The notes beneath the pieces were generated by a model. The model was not told where the DNA came from. It worked only from the letters and a program-made list of their open reading frames with translations, and made no database searches. Position numbers and translations under genes: made by a program. Shown piece by piece: positions 1-8,501 of a stretch of DNA of 64,000 nucleotides (its first letter is position 1; the number at the start of each line of letters is the position of its first letter). The DNA comes from an uncultured Bifidobacteriaceae bacterium (GTDB lineage Bacteria; Actinomycetota; Acidimicrobiia; IMCC26256; DASPTH01). Location: positions 66,295 to 130,294 of the forward strand of contig CAZDJK010000052.1 in assembly GCA_964505725.1 (NCBI GenBank), in the 5' to 3' direction.

Positions 1-1790
1 ATTCCGTTCGCGGTCACCCGGACGGTCACGGTGGCGGCCGGCGCGCTCGCGGTCGGCGGCAACACGGCGGTCGCGCGGTATCGGCCGGCGGTGACGTCGA
101 TCTGCCCACCGCCCGCATCCGGTGTGAGCACCGCGACCGTGAGCGTGACCGATGCCGCGCGCCGCTCGGTGAGCCGCTCGAGTCGCGCGCCGCGACCGGT
201 CACGAGTGCCTGCGACGGCTCGGTGCCGCGCGGGAACCGGTGCGAGCCGAGCGGTGTCTGCGCGGTGAACGCGCAACCGGCGAGCCGGTACGGCACGTGG
301 CCGGGGTAGCGGTCGAGGAGCGCGAGGTCGACATTGCCGTTGGCGACCACGTACACGTCATCGTTCGTGGGCGGGCCGGGCGACAGGGTGTAGCGGTCGA
401 GCACGGTCGTGCCCACGTAGTCGCCGGGCAGGAACACGAGCGCGGGACGGTCGCGGTCGGTGGCAGCGGCGAGGAGGTCATAGGGCTGCGCCCGCGCGTC
501 GCGTTCGCCGAGCGCGGTCGAGACCGCGTCGCCGAGACCGATGCCGGTGGTGGTGAGTGCGACGACCGCGAGCGCGACGAGTGCCCACCGGTGCCATGCC
601 CACACCTGGCGCGCACCTTCCACGCCGAGCACCGCCAACGGCACGAGCACGGGGACGAAGTAGTAGGGGCCGAACCGGTCGACGGCCTTCGACAGCAGCG
701 CGATGTTCGCGAGACCCCAGAAGAAGAGGTAGCCGAAGGGCACGACCACCGCGACCGCGGCGAGCGCGAGGGCGTCGGCGCGCCGGTGCAGCGCGTAGAC
801 GCCGAGCACCGCGAGGAGCACGAGCACAAGGCCGCCGAACGCCCAGTCGCGCAGCGCCCACAGGTTCGCGGCCACCGCGTGCACCCCCTGGCGCGCGCCG
901 AAGTAGGTCTGCGGTATCCCCGACGGGAGCAGGCCCCGGTACCCGAAGCCGAGCCGATCGGTGCTGCTCCACAAGGAGTACGGCAGCTTCCACGGGACGC
1001 CGGTGACGTACGTGTTGTACGCGCCCTGGGCGACGACGACGGGCGCCGCGCCGGCGAGTGTCCACGCCGCGGCGGCCCCCAGCGTCCGGACGTCGCGTCG
1101 CAGCGTCCATACCGCCCAGAGCACGAACGGCAGGAGCGTGAGCACCGCGTCGTACGGACGCGCGCAGAACGCGAGCGCTCCGAGCACTCCCGCCGCCACG
1201 AGCGCGCGTCGCTCCGTGCCCGGCACGCCGCGCAGGAGGGCGGCGGCAGCGAGGGTCCACAGCCCGCCGAAGAGCACGTAGGAGAGGAGCGTCGTGCTCT
1301 GGACGATGGTCAGGGGTGACAACACCACCAGGGCCGCGGCGACCGCCGCCGTGGCTCGCGACCGGAGCACCGCGAGCGCCAGCGCGTAGCTCCCGAGGAG
1401 GAAGAGGAGCGCGGCCAGCGCGAGCGCGACGCGCGTGACCGAGAGCAGCGTCGTGACCGCGAGCACCGCCGGCCACACCAGGTTGTACTTGAAGATGTAG
1501 CCGTGGTCGGTCGCCGACGCGAACCACGGTTGGAAGCTCCGGGCGATCGCACCCGCGGGCACCGACACTGCCAGCCGGCCGTGGGCAAGCAGGTCGGCCT
1601 GGTGGAGGTAGGCCTGCTCGTCCAGGTTGGTCGAGAGCTCGGGCTCGAGCCAGGCCGAGCCGGCCACTGCCCATACCGAGACCGCGACCGCGAGCAGCGC
1701 GAGCACGAACGCGGGCCAGCGCGGCTCGGGCGCGCGCGCCGATGCCTCGGGTTGCGTGTCCGCGCCGGGCCGCGGCTCCGGCTCGGTCAT
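1..1790 (-). CDS. GT-C-type polytopic membrane glycosyltransferase (ArnT/PMT-like); 3' end runs off the left edge
   Basis: Absent from the ORF track because it has no stop inside the window. My own minus-strand translation from ATG (complement of 1788-1790) reads MTEPEPRPGADTQPEASARAPEPRWPAFVLALLAVAVSVWAV... with no stop down to position 1. Third codon positions are G/C-rich and there are many hydrophobic helices. It is a motif-level paralogue of 21678-23687 (NLDEQAYL/NRDEPVYL, ARPYDAVL/TRPYDALL, VPFGYLFFWGL/FPLGYFVFWGL, DRPALVF/DRPVLVF). Confidence 0.6.
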   Translation of the reverse strand, partial: MTEPEPRPGADTQPEASARAPEPRWPAFVLALLAVAVSVWAVAGSAWLEPELSTNLDEQAYLHQADLLAHGRLAVSVPAGAIARSFQPWFASATDHGYIFKYNLVWPAVLAVTTLLSVTRVALALAALLFLLGSYALALAVLRSRATAAVAAALVVLSPLTIVQSTTLLSYVLFGGLWTLAAAALLRGVPGTERRALVAAGVLGALAFCARPYDAVLTLLPFVLWAVWTLRRDVRTLGAAAAWTLAGAAPVVVAQGAYNTYVTGVPWKLPYSLWSSTDRLGFGYRGLLPSGIPQTYFGARQGVHAVAANLWALRDWAFGGLVLVLLAVLGVYALHRRADALALAAVAVVVPFGYLFFWGLANIALLSKAVDRFGPYYFVPVLVPLAVLGVEGARQVWAWHRWALVALAVVALTTTGIGLGDAVSTALGERDARAQPYDLLAAATDRDRPALVFLPGDYVGTTVLDRYTLSPGPPTNDDVYVVANGNVDLALLDRYPGHVPYRLAGCAFTAQTPLGSHRFPRGTEPSQALVTGRGARLERLTERRAASVTLTVAVLTPDAGGGQIDVTAGRYRATAVLPPTASAPAATVTVRVTANG

Positions 1791-1898
1791 CGCCACGGGA
1801 GCCTACCGACGTGAGGTCCCGACGCCGGGCACGAGCGCGCGCCGGGCCGCCGCTACCCTGCGGCAGCGACCGGGCCGACGACGGAGGATCGCGAGCGC

Positions 1899-3203
1899 GT
1901 GACCATCGCGCAGAGCCGCAAGCTGCTGTACGTTGTCGCCGCACTCGGGATCGCCTTCGGCATCCTGCTGTTCGCGGTGCACAGCCACGATTACCTCGAG
2001 ACGATCCCGTCGTCGGACTTCGCGATCAACCGCGCCGCTGCACAGCAGATGCTCGACGGGCAGCCGCTGTACAACCGGGCGGAGGCGCGGGCGCGCGTGC
2101 TCCGTGACGCCGGCGGCGCGGCGCAGGACGCCTTCCTCGGCACCTACTCCAGCTTCATCGGACCGCCGTCGACCGCGCTCTTCTACACGCCGTGGGCGCA
2201 CATCGGCTACGACGACGCGCGGACGAGCTTCGACGTCGTGGAGCTGTTGTGCATGCTCGGCGCGATCGCGGTCACGGGGCTCGCGGTCCCGCGCCGCGAC
2301 CGCCTGCTGGCGTGGCTCGTGGGCACCGCCGCGCTCGTCATCTTCTTCCCCGTGATCTCGACCCTCGCGCTCGGCCAGGTCGACGGCTTCGTGATCCTGT
2401 CGTTAGGGGTGGCGCTTTGGGCGACGGTCCGGGAACGATGGTGGATCGTCGGCGCCGCGCTCGGGGTCGCAGTCGTCTTGAAGATCAGCCCGTGGATCGT
2501 GCTCCTGTTCCTCTTGCTACGCGGGCGTCGCTACTGGAAGCAGCTCCTGATCGGAGCCACGGCCGCGGTCGCGGTGCTCCTCGTCGCGAGCGCGATCGTC
2601 GGCGGACGACCGCACGACTTCATCACGTGGGTGAACGACGTCGCGCCCACCCTCGCCCGCGGGAACCGCAGCGTGGAGAACCAGTCGGTGCCCGCGTTGC
2701 TGGCCCGGCTGTTCACCGGCGCGCACGACATCGTCGAGACGTCGACCTCGCTCGGTGCCCTCCGCTACCTCGGGTACCTCGGGGGGCTCGCGGGCGCGGT
2801 CGGCCTGTGGTGGTGGCGGCGCGACCGTCCCTACGAGCCGCTCGAGATGGGCGCGGTCATCCTGCTCGCGCTGCTGTGCGGTCCGATCTCGTGGGAGCAC
2901 TACCTCACGTGGGCGATCATCCCGCTCATGCTCCTCGCCGACCCGGCGCGCTTCGCGGGGTCACGTGCGCGCGTGGTGGTGCTGCTGGGGCTGCTCGGCG
3001 GGGCGACCGCGCTGTTGGCGCTCCCGGTGAAGTACCCGACGCCGCAGCAGGTTGCCGCGCACTGGTACTACCGGCCGTACTCCGCGGCCGGTACGGTCGG
3101 GATCATCGTGTATCTCGGCGTCGCGCTGTACTTCCTACGCGGCAGCGGGGCCGGCCGTGCTGAGCTCGACGACGTTGCCGTCCGGGTCCTCCAGGAACGC
3201 TGA
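1899..3203 (+). CDS. GT87/DUF2029-like membrane glycosyltransferase (mannosyltransferase-like)
   Basis: 434-aa ORF with a GTG start preceded by GACGGAGGA. It is polytopic, with the typical GQVDGFVILSL and LKISPWIVLLFLL segments of the DUF2029 family. It lies divergent from the GT-C gene on the left. Confidence 0.7.
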   Translation: MTIAQSRKLLYVVAALGIAFGILLFAVHSHDYLETIPSSDFAINRAAAQQMLDGQPLYNRAEARARVLRDAGGAAQDAFLGTYSSFIGPPSTALFYTPWAHIGYDDARTSFDVVELLCMLGAIAVTGLAVPRRDRLLAWLVGTAALVIFFPVISTLALGQVDGFVILSLGVALWATVRERWWIVGAALGVAVVLKISPWIVLLFLLLRGRRYWKQLLIGATAAVAVLLVASAIVGGRPHDFITWVNDVAPTLARGNRSVENQSVPALLARLFTGAHDIVETSTSLGALRYLGYLGGLAGAVGLWWWRRDRPYEPLEMGAVILLALLCGPISWEHYLTWAIIPLMLLADPARFAGSRARVVVLLGLLGGATALLALPVKYPTPQQVAAHWYYRPYSAAGTVGIIVYLGVALYFLRGSGAGRAELDDVAVRVLQER

Positions 3204-3557
3204 ACGCACGGTCACGCCGAAGTCCTCGCGCGAACGCGGCCGCGAGAGCCACTCCGCGCCGCGCGCTTCGAGCGCTGCGACCGTCTCGTCGAACGCGTCG
3301 ATCGGCACGAGCAGCGCGAAGTGCGGGAGCCCGACACGCGCCGGCACCTCGTCGATGTACGAGAGGTGGATCTGCGTGGTGCCCTGTTCGAGCCACGCGC
3401 CGCGGAAGTTGAACCCGGGACGCGGGATCAGGTGGAAGCCGAGCACGTCGGTGTAGAAGGCCACCGAGCGGTCGACGTCGGCGGTGAGGATGTTGACGTG
3501 ACTGTGACCGGTGATGGTGACGGTCGCGGTTGGAGTGGTGCTGGTGTCGGTGGTCAT
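3135..3557 (-). CDS. VOC (glyoxalase/bleomycin-resistance/dioxygenase) family protein
   Basis: 140 aa. Contains HVNILTADVDRSVAFYTDVLGF ... FLEDPDGNVVEL, the classic VOC fold signature. Its ATGA start overlaps the upstream marR stop. Confidence 0.8.
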   Translation of the reverse strand: MTTDTSTTPTATVTITGHSHVNILTADVDRSVAFYTDVLGFHLIPRPGFNFRGAWLEQGTTQIHLSYIDEVPARVGLPHFALLVPIDAFDETVAALEARGAEWLSRPRSREDFGVTVRSAFLEDPDGNVVELSTAGPAAA

Positions 3558-4018
3558 GACGACCTCACTTCCGCAACTTCTGCAGGGAGCACCTTCTGAT
3601 CGGCCTCGATCAGCTTACGCACGAGGTCGCGGAGCTGCCGCTGTTCCGCAGCGCTGAGCTCGCCGAAGGCGCGCGGCGGCTCGTACAGCAGCGAGAACAC
3701 GTGCTCGAGCGTCGCGGTGCCCTCCGGGGTCACGACGAGGCTCTTGGCGCGGCGGTCGGTGGGATGGGGCGCCCGCTCGACGAACCCGCGTGCCTCGAGC
3801 GCGTCCGCCACGCTCGTGACGTACGAGGCATCACAACCCCAATGGCCCGCCAGATCGCTCATGCGGGTCCCGCGTCCGGGGAGGTCGACCAGCGCCTTGA
3901 GCAGTCCGGGCGAGAGGCCGACCTCGCACGCCACCTCGTGCATCCGGTCGTGGGGCTCGCCCTCGAGGAACAGGTCGAGCAGCAGGCGCCACGCATCACG
4001 GCCGGCCTTGACGATCAC
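3554..4018 (-). CDS. MarR-family transcriptional regulator
   Basis: 154 aa. Winged-helix core MSDLAGHWGCDASYVTSVADALEARGFVERAPHPTDRRAKSLVVTPEG. Divergent from an ABC exporter pair. Confidence 0.85.
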   Translation of the reverse strand: MIVKAGRDAWRLLLDLFLEGEPHDRMHEVACEVGLSPGLLKALVDLPGRGTRMSDLAGHWGCDASYVTSVADALEARGFVERAPHPTDRRAKSLVVTPEGTATLEHVFSLLYEPPRAFGELSAAEQRQLRDLVRKLIEADQKVLPAEVAEVRSS

Positions 4019-4080
4019 GTACCCATTGTACGCACGATATTTGAATCCAGTCCACTATTCATGATGCTAAAGTAAAACCC
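4019..4080. promoter_or_regulatory. AT-rich divergent intergenic region (marR-VOC versus ABC exporter); probable promoters/operator
   Basis: This is the only strongly AT-rich stretch in the first 7 kb (cgatatttgaatccagtccactattcatgatgctaaagtaaaaccc). It contains TTGAAT at 4041-4046 and a short inverted repeat, TGAAT-N10-ATTCA, at 4042-4061. No transcription start is known. Confidence 0.4.
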
Positions 4081-5139
4081 ATGACCATGGTCGACGATCC
4101 CGCCCGCAACGGCTCCCGACGCGACGACGCGGTCGTCGCCGACAGCCTCGTCAAGCACTTCGGCGACGTGCGCGCGCTCGACGGCGTATCGTTCGCCGCG
4201 CCGGTCGGCACCGTGCTCGGCCTGCTCGGCCCGAACGGGGCGGGGAAGACCACGTCGGTGAACATCCTCACCACGCTGCTCCTGCCCGACGCGGGCCAGG
4301 CGCGCGTGCTCGGCTGCGACGTCACGGAGGATCCGGAGCGCGTGCGCGCGTCGATCGGCCTCGCGGGGCAGTACGCGGCCGTCGACGAGAACCTCACCGC
4401 GGCGGAGAACCTCCGCCTCGTGGGCCGGCTCACGCACATGTCGGCGGCCGACATCGCGCGCCGTACGGACGAGCTGCTCCAACGGTTCGCGCTGGTCGAC
4501 GCCGCCGACCGCGTCGCCAAGACGTTCTCGGGGGGGATGCGCCGCCGGCTCGACCTCGCCGCCGCGCTCGTGCACGACCCGCCCGTCCTCTTCCTCGACG
4601 AGCCCACGACGGGCCTGGATCCCCAGGGCCGCGCCGAGCTCTGGGCCGTCATCGAGTCGCTGGTGGAGAGCGGCACGACGGTCGTGTTGACCACGCAGTA
4701 CCTCGAGGAGGCGGATCGCCTCGCGGATCGCATCGTCGTCGTCGACCACGGGCACGTGATCGCCGAGGGGACGAGCGGCGAGCTCAAAGGCCGCATGGGC
4801 GAGACCGTCATTGAAGTCGGCTTCCGCGACGACGCCGGCGCGCGCACGGCGGCGGAGAAGCTCGCGACGGTCGGGGCGGTCGCGCGGGAGGGCCACTCGG
4901 TGCGCCTCAACGTCGACAACGGCGCGAGCGCCATGCTCGAGACCGTGCGGGTGCTCGACGCCGAGCACCTCGAGCCCTCGTCGATGGTGTTGCACGAGCC
5001 CACGCTCGACGACGTGTTCCTGGAGCTCACCGGCCACCGCGCCGAGGACGAGACCGCCGGTGACGGTGACGTCGAGGAGCCCGACCCGAACCACGACCCG
5101 CCATCGCCGCGGCGCGCCCGGAAGGGAGGCCCCCGTTGA
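4081..5139 (+). CDS. ABC transporter ATP-binding protein (DrrA/daunorubicin-resistance-like)
   Basis: Walker A GPNGAGKTT, signature FSGGMRRRL, Walker B VLFLDEPTTGLD. Confidence 0.9.
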   Translation: MTMVDDPARNGSRRDDAVVADSLVKHFGDVRALDGVSFAAPVGTVLGLLGPNGAGKTTSVNILTTLLLPDAGQARVLGCDVTEDPERVRASIGLAGQYAAVDENLTAAENLRLVGRLTHMSAADIARRTDELLQRFALVDAADRVAKTFSGGMRRRLDLAAALVHDPPVLFLDEPTTGLDPQGRAELWAVIESLVESGTTVVLTTQYLEEADRLADRIVVVDHGHVIAEGTSGELKGRMGETVIEVGFRDDAGARTAAEKLATVGAVAREGHSVRLNVDNGASAMLETVRVLDAEHLEPSSMVLHEPTLDDVFLELTGHRAEDETAGDGDVEEPDPNHDPPSPRRARKGGPR

Positions 5140-5957
5140 CCACGATCACCGCTCCTCCCGAAGTCGTCCGCGGGCTGGCACCCGCCCGTCGCGGCTCCAC
5201 CGCCGTCGCGGACTCGCTCACCATCGCATGGCGCAACCTCCTCGCGCTCCGACGCAACCCGCGGCTGCTCGTCTTCGCCACGTTCCAGCCGCTCGTGCTC
5301 GTGGTGATGTTCCGGTACGTGTTCGGCGGCGCGCTGCAGTCGAGCACCGGCGGCATCCCGTACGTCGACTACCTCATGCCCGGCGTGTTCGCGCAGGCCC
5401 TCGTGTTCGGTGCCCTCACCACCGGGGTGGGGCTCGCGGAGGATCTCCAGAAGGGGCTCATCACCCGGTTCCGCTCCCTGCCCATGGCGCGCTCGGCCGT
5501 CCTGACCGGCCGCACCATCTCCGACCTGGTGCGCGGCGCGTTCGTGATCACGCTGATGTGCGTGGTCGGGTTCGCCGTGGGATGGCGAATCCACACCAAC
5601 GTCTGGGGCCTGCTCGGCGCGGTCGGTGTGCTGCTCGCGTTCGCGTACTCGCTGTCGTGGGTGTTCAGCATCGTCGGCCTCACCACCAAGGACGCAGAGA
5701 CCGCCCAGGCCGCCTCGTTCCCGATCCTGGCCCCACTTGTGTTCGCGTCGTCTGCGTTCGTCCCGGTCTCCAGCATGCCCAGCTGGCTCCAGCCGTGGGC
5801 CGAGAACCAGCCGGTATCCGTGGTCATCAACGCCGCACGCGCGCTCACCATCGGCGGACCGACCCTCGATCCTGTCCTCAAGGCGATGGCGTGGATCATT
5901 GGGATCATCGTCGTCGCCGCGCCGATCGCGGTGCGGGTCTACCGCCGCACGAGCTGA
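5136..5957 (+). CDS. ABC-2 type transporter permease (DrrB-like)
   Basis: 273-aa polytopic protein. Its TTGA start overlaps the ATPase stop, and GGAAGGGAGG lies upstream. Confidence 0.85.
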   Translation: MTTITAPPEVVRGLAPARRGSTAVADSLTIAWRNLLALRRNPRLLVFATFQPLVLVVMFRYVFGGALQSSTGGIPYVDYLMPGVFAQALVFGALTTGVGLAEDLQKGLITRFRSLPMARSAVLTGRTISDLVRGAFVITLMCVVGFAVGWRIHTNVWGLLGAVGVLLAFAYSLSWVFSIVGLTTKDAETAQAASFPILAPLVFASSAFVPVSSMPSWLQPWAENQPVSVVINAARALTIGGPTLDPVLKAMAWIIGIIVVAAPIAVRVYRRTS

Positions 5958-5976
5958 CCCGCAGTCGAACCGGCCG

Positions 5977-7554
5977 TCACGGTGGCGGCGCGACCACCCG
6001 GAACGCGCCGCGCATGAACGGGTGGATGCGGCAGAAGAACGTGTAGGTGCCGGGCGAGAGGTCGCTCGGCGTCGTCCACGTGAGCCGACCGACCGTGGGC
6101 GGGCCGGCCACGCCGAGCTGGCCCGAGTCGAACGGGACCGACCCGTCGGCCAGGGGATAGGCCACCCCCGTCGACGCGGTGCACGGCGCCTTGCACGCGG
6201 TGATCGAGTGCCACACGTCGAGCGTCGGCGCGTCGACGTTGTCGAACGTGATCGTCTGGCCCGCGGTCACGGTCGGGATCGGCGTTGCGGAACCGAGGTT
6301 GCCGGCGCCGTAGGTGAAGTCGGTGATGTCGAGCGTCGACGCCGGCCCCGCGGGCGCGGTCGCCGGGTCCGCGAGCGTCGTCGGCACGCCGCCGTGGTGG
6401 TCGTTCTCGGCCAGATGGCCGTGGGTCAGGCGTCCCGTTCGGTCGACGCGGGTCGTGAACGGGTCGGCGCCGCGCCCGCTGTCGGCCATCCACACCACCT
6501 CGAGCCCCATCGACTCGTACCACGACGCGCGGCTCGTGTCGTAGGTGGTGGTGAGGCGCAGTACGTCGCCCGCGTGCACCCCCACGCGCCACTTGTCGCG
6601 CGTCGCGGTCATCGACACGTCCCACGACACCGCCCCCGCCGGCTCGTAGTAGTGCGCGGTCGAGGCGAAGAGGTGTGCGGTCCGCCCGTCCCGTACCAGG
6701 CTCAGGTCGTCGCGCAGCCCTCCGGGATGGAGGTGCCCGAACGTCTTCACCAGCACGCCGTCGGTCGGCACCGTCCAGTCGTTCTTCGCGGGACCGTCGC
6801 CGTACGGATCGACCGCGTCGTCGGGGTAGGTGAAGCGCCCGTTGGTGCCCGAGCCCTTCAACACGTCGAAGACGGGGTAGATGCTGCCGTTCTGCACGTC
6901 CATCCAGATCGGGTGCACGGGCGTGAGCTGCTTCGCGGCCGCGCTCGCCGCGGGGATGAAGTCGACGTCGTAGGTGATGTAGAGGGTGAACGCCTTCGGC
7001 GTGAGGTCGTGCACCATGTAGTCGAGCAGCCACTGATCAGCCGCGGCGTACTGGTAGCCGTACCCCGGTGGCAGCGCGAGCGCGGTCTTCTCCTCACCGG
7101 ACGCGAAGAAGCGCTCCGGGAAGTTGGGGCTGGTGGAGTCGCGGTGCGCCGTATCGAGCCACACGCCGTGGTGGAGGTGCACGACGTCGACCGGCGGCAC
7201 GGTGCCGTCCTCGCGCTCGAGGTTGGGCCGGAAGCCGACGACCCATCCATCGACCGCCGGCTGGGGGATGCGGCGGGAGTTCTGGATCAGGTTCTGCCCC
7301 GGCCCGATGTCGAGGGGCCCGTAGCGGAAGTGGAGGTGCTCCACGCCGGGCCGGTCGACCTCGCCGACGCGGCTCTCGGCGCTCGCCTTCACCCTTCCCG
7401 CTTCGCCCGACGCGCTCGTGGGCGCGGGCGCGCGGGTGACGTCCGTCTGCGCACCCGCTGCCGGCGCGACCAGCACCACGGCGAAGCCGAGTGAGGCCGC
7501 CACTGCGAGGCGGGTGCGCGCGCGGGTGCGGGCGGCCCCGCTCGTCGACGGCAT
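5977..7554 (-). CDS. Secreted copper protein: N-terminal His/Met-motif domain (PHM/DBM-like, inferred) plus C-terminal amicyanin-type cupredoxin
   Basis: 525 aa with signal peptide RLAVAASLGFAVVLVAPAAGAQT. The C-terminus carries type-1 copper ligands in WHSI ... FFCRIHPFMRG (C-x2-H-x2-M, as in amicyanin). The N-terminal part has VVHLHHGVW, YMVHDL, FGHLHPGG and WYESMGLEVVWM. Confidence 0.75.
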   Translation of the reverse strand: MPSTSGAARTRARTRLAVAASLGFAVVLVAPAAGAQTDVTRAPAPTSASGEAGRVKASAESRVGEVDRPGVEHLHFRYGPLDIGPGQNLIQNSRRIPQPAVDGWVVGFRPNLEREDGTVPPVDVVHLHHGVWLDTAHRDSTSPNFPERFFASGEEKTALALPPGYGYQYAAADQWLLDYMVHDLTPKAFTLYITYDVDFIPAASAAAKQLTPVHPIWMDVQNGSIYPVFDVLKGSGTNGRFTYPDDAVDPYGDGPAKNDWTVPTDGVLVKTFGHLHPGGLRDDLSLVRDGRTAHLFASTAHYYEPAGAVSWDVSMTATRDKWRVGVHAGDVLRLTTTYDTSRASWYESMGLEVVWMADSGRGADPFTTRVDRTGRLTHGHLAENDHHGGVPTTLADPATAPAGPASTLDITDFTYGAGNLGSATPIPTVTAGQTITFDNVDAPTLDVWHSITACKAPCTASTGVAYPLADGSVPFDSGQLGVAGPPTVGRLTWTTPSDLSPGTYTFFCRIHPFMRGAFRVVAPPP

Positions 7555-7616
7555 CGGGCGTCAGTCTTCCCGAGCCGCCGGCCGCCCGGGTGGCATGCCT
7601 CCGGCGATCGGGGCCT

Positions 7617-7703
7617 GCCCGATTCGCCCGATTCGTTCGTTCTTGACGAGTTGCCCGATTCCTGACATCATGCCCAGGTCATCAGGAACCGGACAATTCC
7701 TGA
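7617..7703. promoter_or_regulatory. Candidate tad promoter/operator region
   Basis: Three CCCGATT copies at 7618, 7627 and 7654. TTGACG (7643-7648), 17 nt, then CATCAT (7666-7671). Alternating inverted-repeat arms TTCCTGA (7659-7665), TCAGGAA (7682-7688) and TTCCTGA (7697-7703). Lies 34-120 nt upstream of the cpaB GTG. Confidence 0.35.
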
Positions 7704-7736
7704 GCAAAAGCTCGGAGAACGAGTGGGAGGGCATTC

Positions 7737-8501
7737 GTGGCATTGGCGGGAGTGGCGGGTACCGACGATGCGCCCGGCACGGGGCTCCGGTCCGGGTGGT
7801 CGGCGTCGCCGGGCCGGCTCCGCGGTCGGCTGTCGAGCGGTCACGTGCTCATGATCGTGGCGGGGCTCGTCGGCATGGTGCTCACGCTCGCCGTGCTGCG
7901 CGGCGACCGGGGCGGGGCGCCGGTCGCCGTCGCGGCACGCGACATCCGGCCCGGCGACGTCATCACCGCAGCCGATGTGCGCGTCGAACGGGTGCGCGCG
8001 GGCGCGTCGATGCTCGCCACCATCGTGCACGGGAGCGGGTCGCGCGGACTGCGCGGGCAGATCGCGGTCACCGGCATCGCGGCGCACGCGTTGATCCCCC
8101 GGCGCGCGGTCCGACCGCGTGCCGCACGCGGCGGGCTCCGCGCGATGAGCATCCCGCTCGACCCGTCGGTCGCGGTCGGCGGACGACTCGCCGCCGGCGA
8201 CCGGGTCGACGTGCTGGATGCCGACCGCGGCAGCGCGGCGATCATCGTCGCCGGTGCCGAGGTGCTCGGCGTCGACTCGGGACGGAGCGGCGGCATCGGC
8301 CAGGCGAGCAGCTCCTTCACGCTCACGGTCGCGGTGGACGCGCCGCAGTCGGTGCTGGTCGCGGGCGCGATCGCCGACGGTCACGTCTCCGTCACCCGCA
8401 CCACGGGCGCCACGCGCGCGACCGTGGGCCGGCCCGCCGGGCGTGACGCGGCGACGAGCACCGCCGACGACCCGCTCGACGCGTCGGGGAGCGCGCCGTG
8501 A
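7737..8501 (+). CDS. cpaB: Flp pilus assembly protein CpaB/RcpC-like (SAF domain)
   Basis: 254 aa with an N-terminal TM (VLMIVAGLVGMVLTLAVL) and SAF-like ARDIRPGDVITAADV. First gene of the tad operon. GTG start with GAGTGGGAGGG upstream. Confidence 0.75.
   Translation: MALAGVAGTDDAPGTGLRSGWSASPGRLRGRLSSGHVLMIVAGLVGMVLTLAVLRGDRGGAPVAVAARDIRPGDVITAADVRVERVRAGASMLATIVHGSGSRGLRGQIAVTGIAAHALIPRRAVRPRAARGGLRAMSIPLDPSVAVGGRLAAGDRVDVLDADRGSAAIIVAGAEVLGVDSGRSGGIGQASSSFTLTVAVDAPQSVLVAGAIADGHVSVTRTTGATRATVGRPAGRDAATSTADDPLDASGSAP

Noticed and set aside
478-1944. 488-aa minus-strand ORF and other ORFs listed over 31-1944
   Set aside because: The composition is Arg/Ala/Gly-rich and off-frame. The convincing frame here is the unlisted edge-truncated membrane-protein frame (1-1790, minus).
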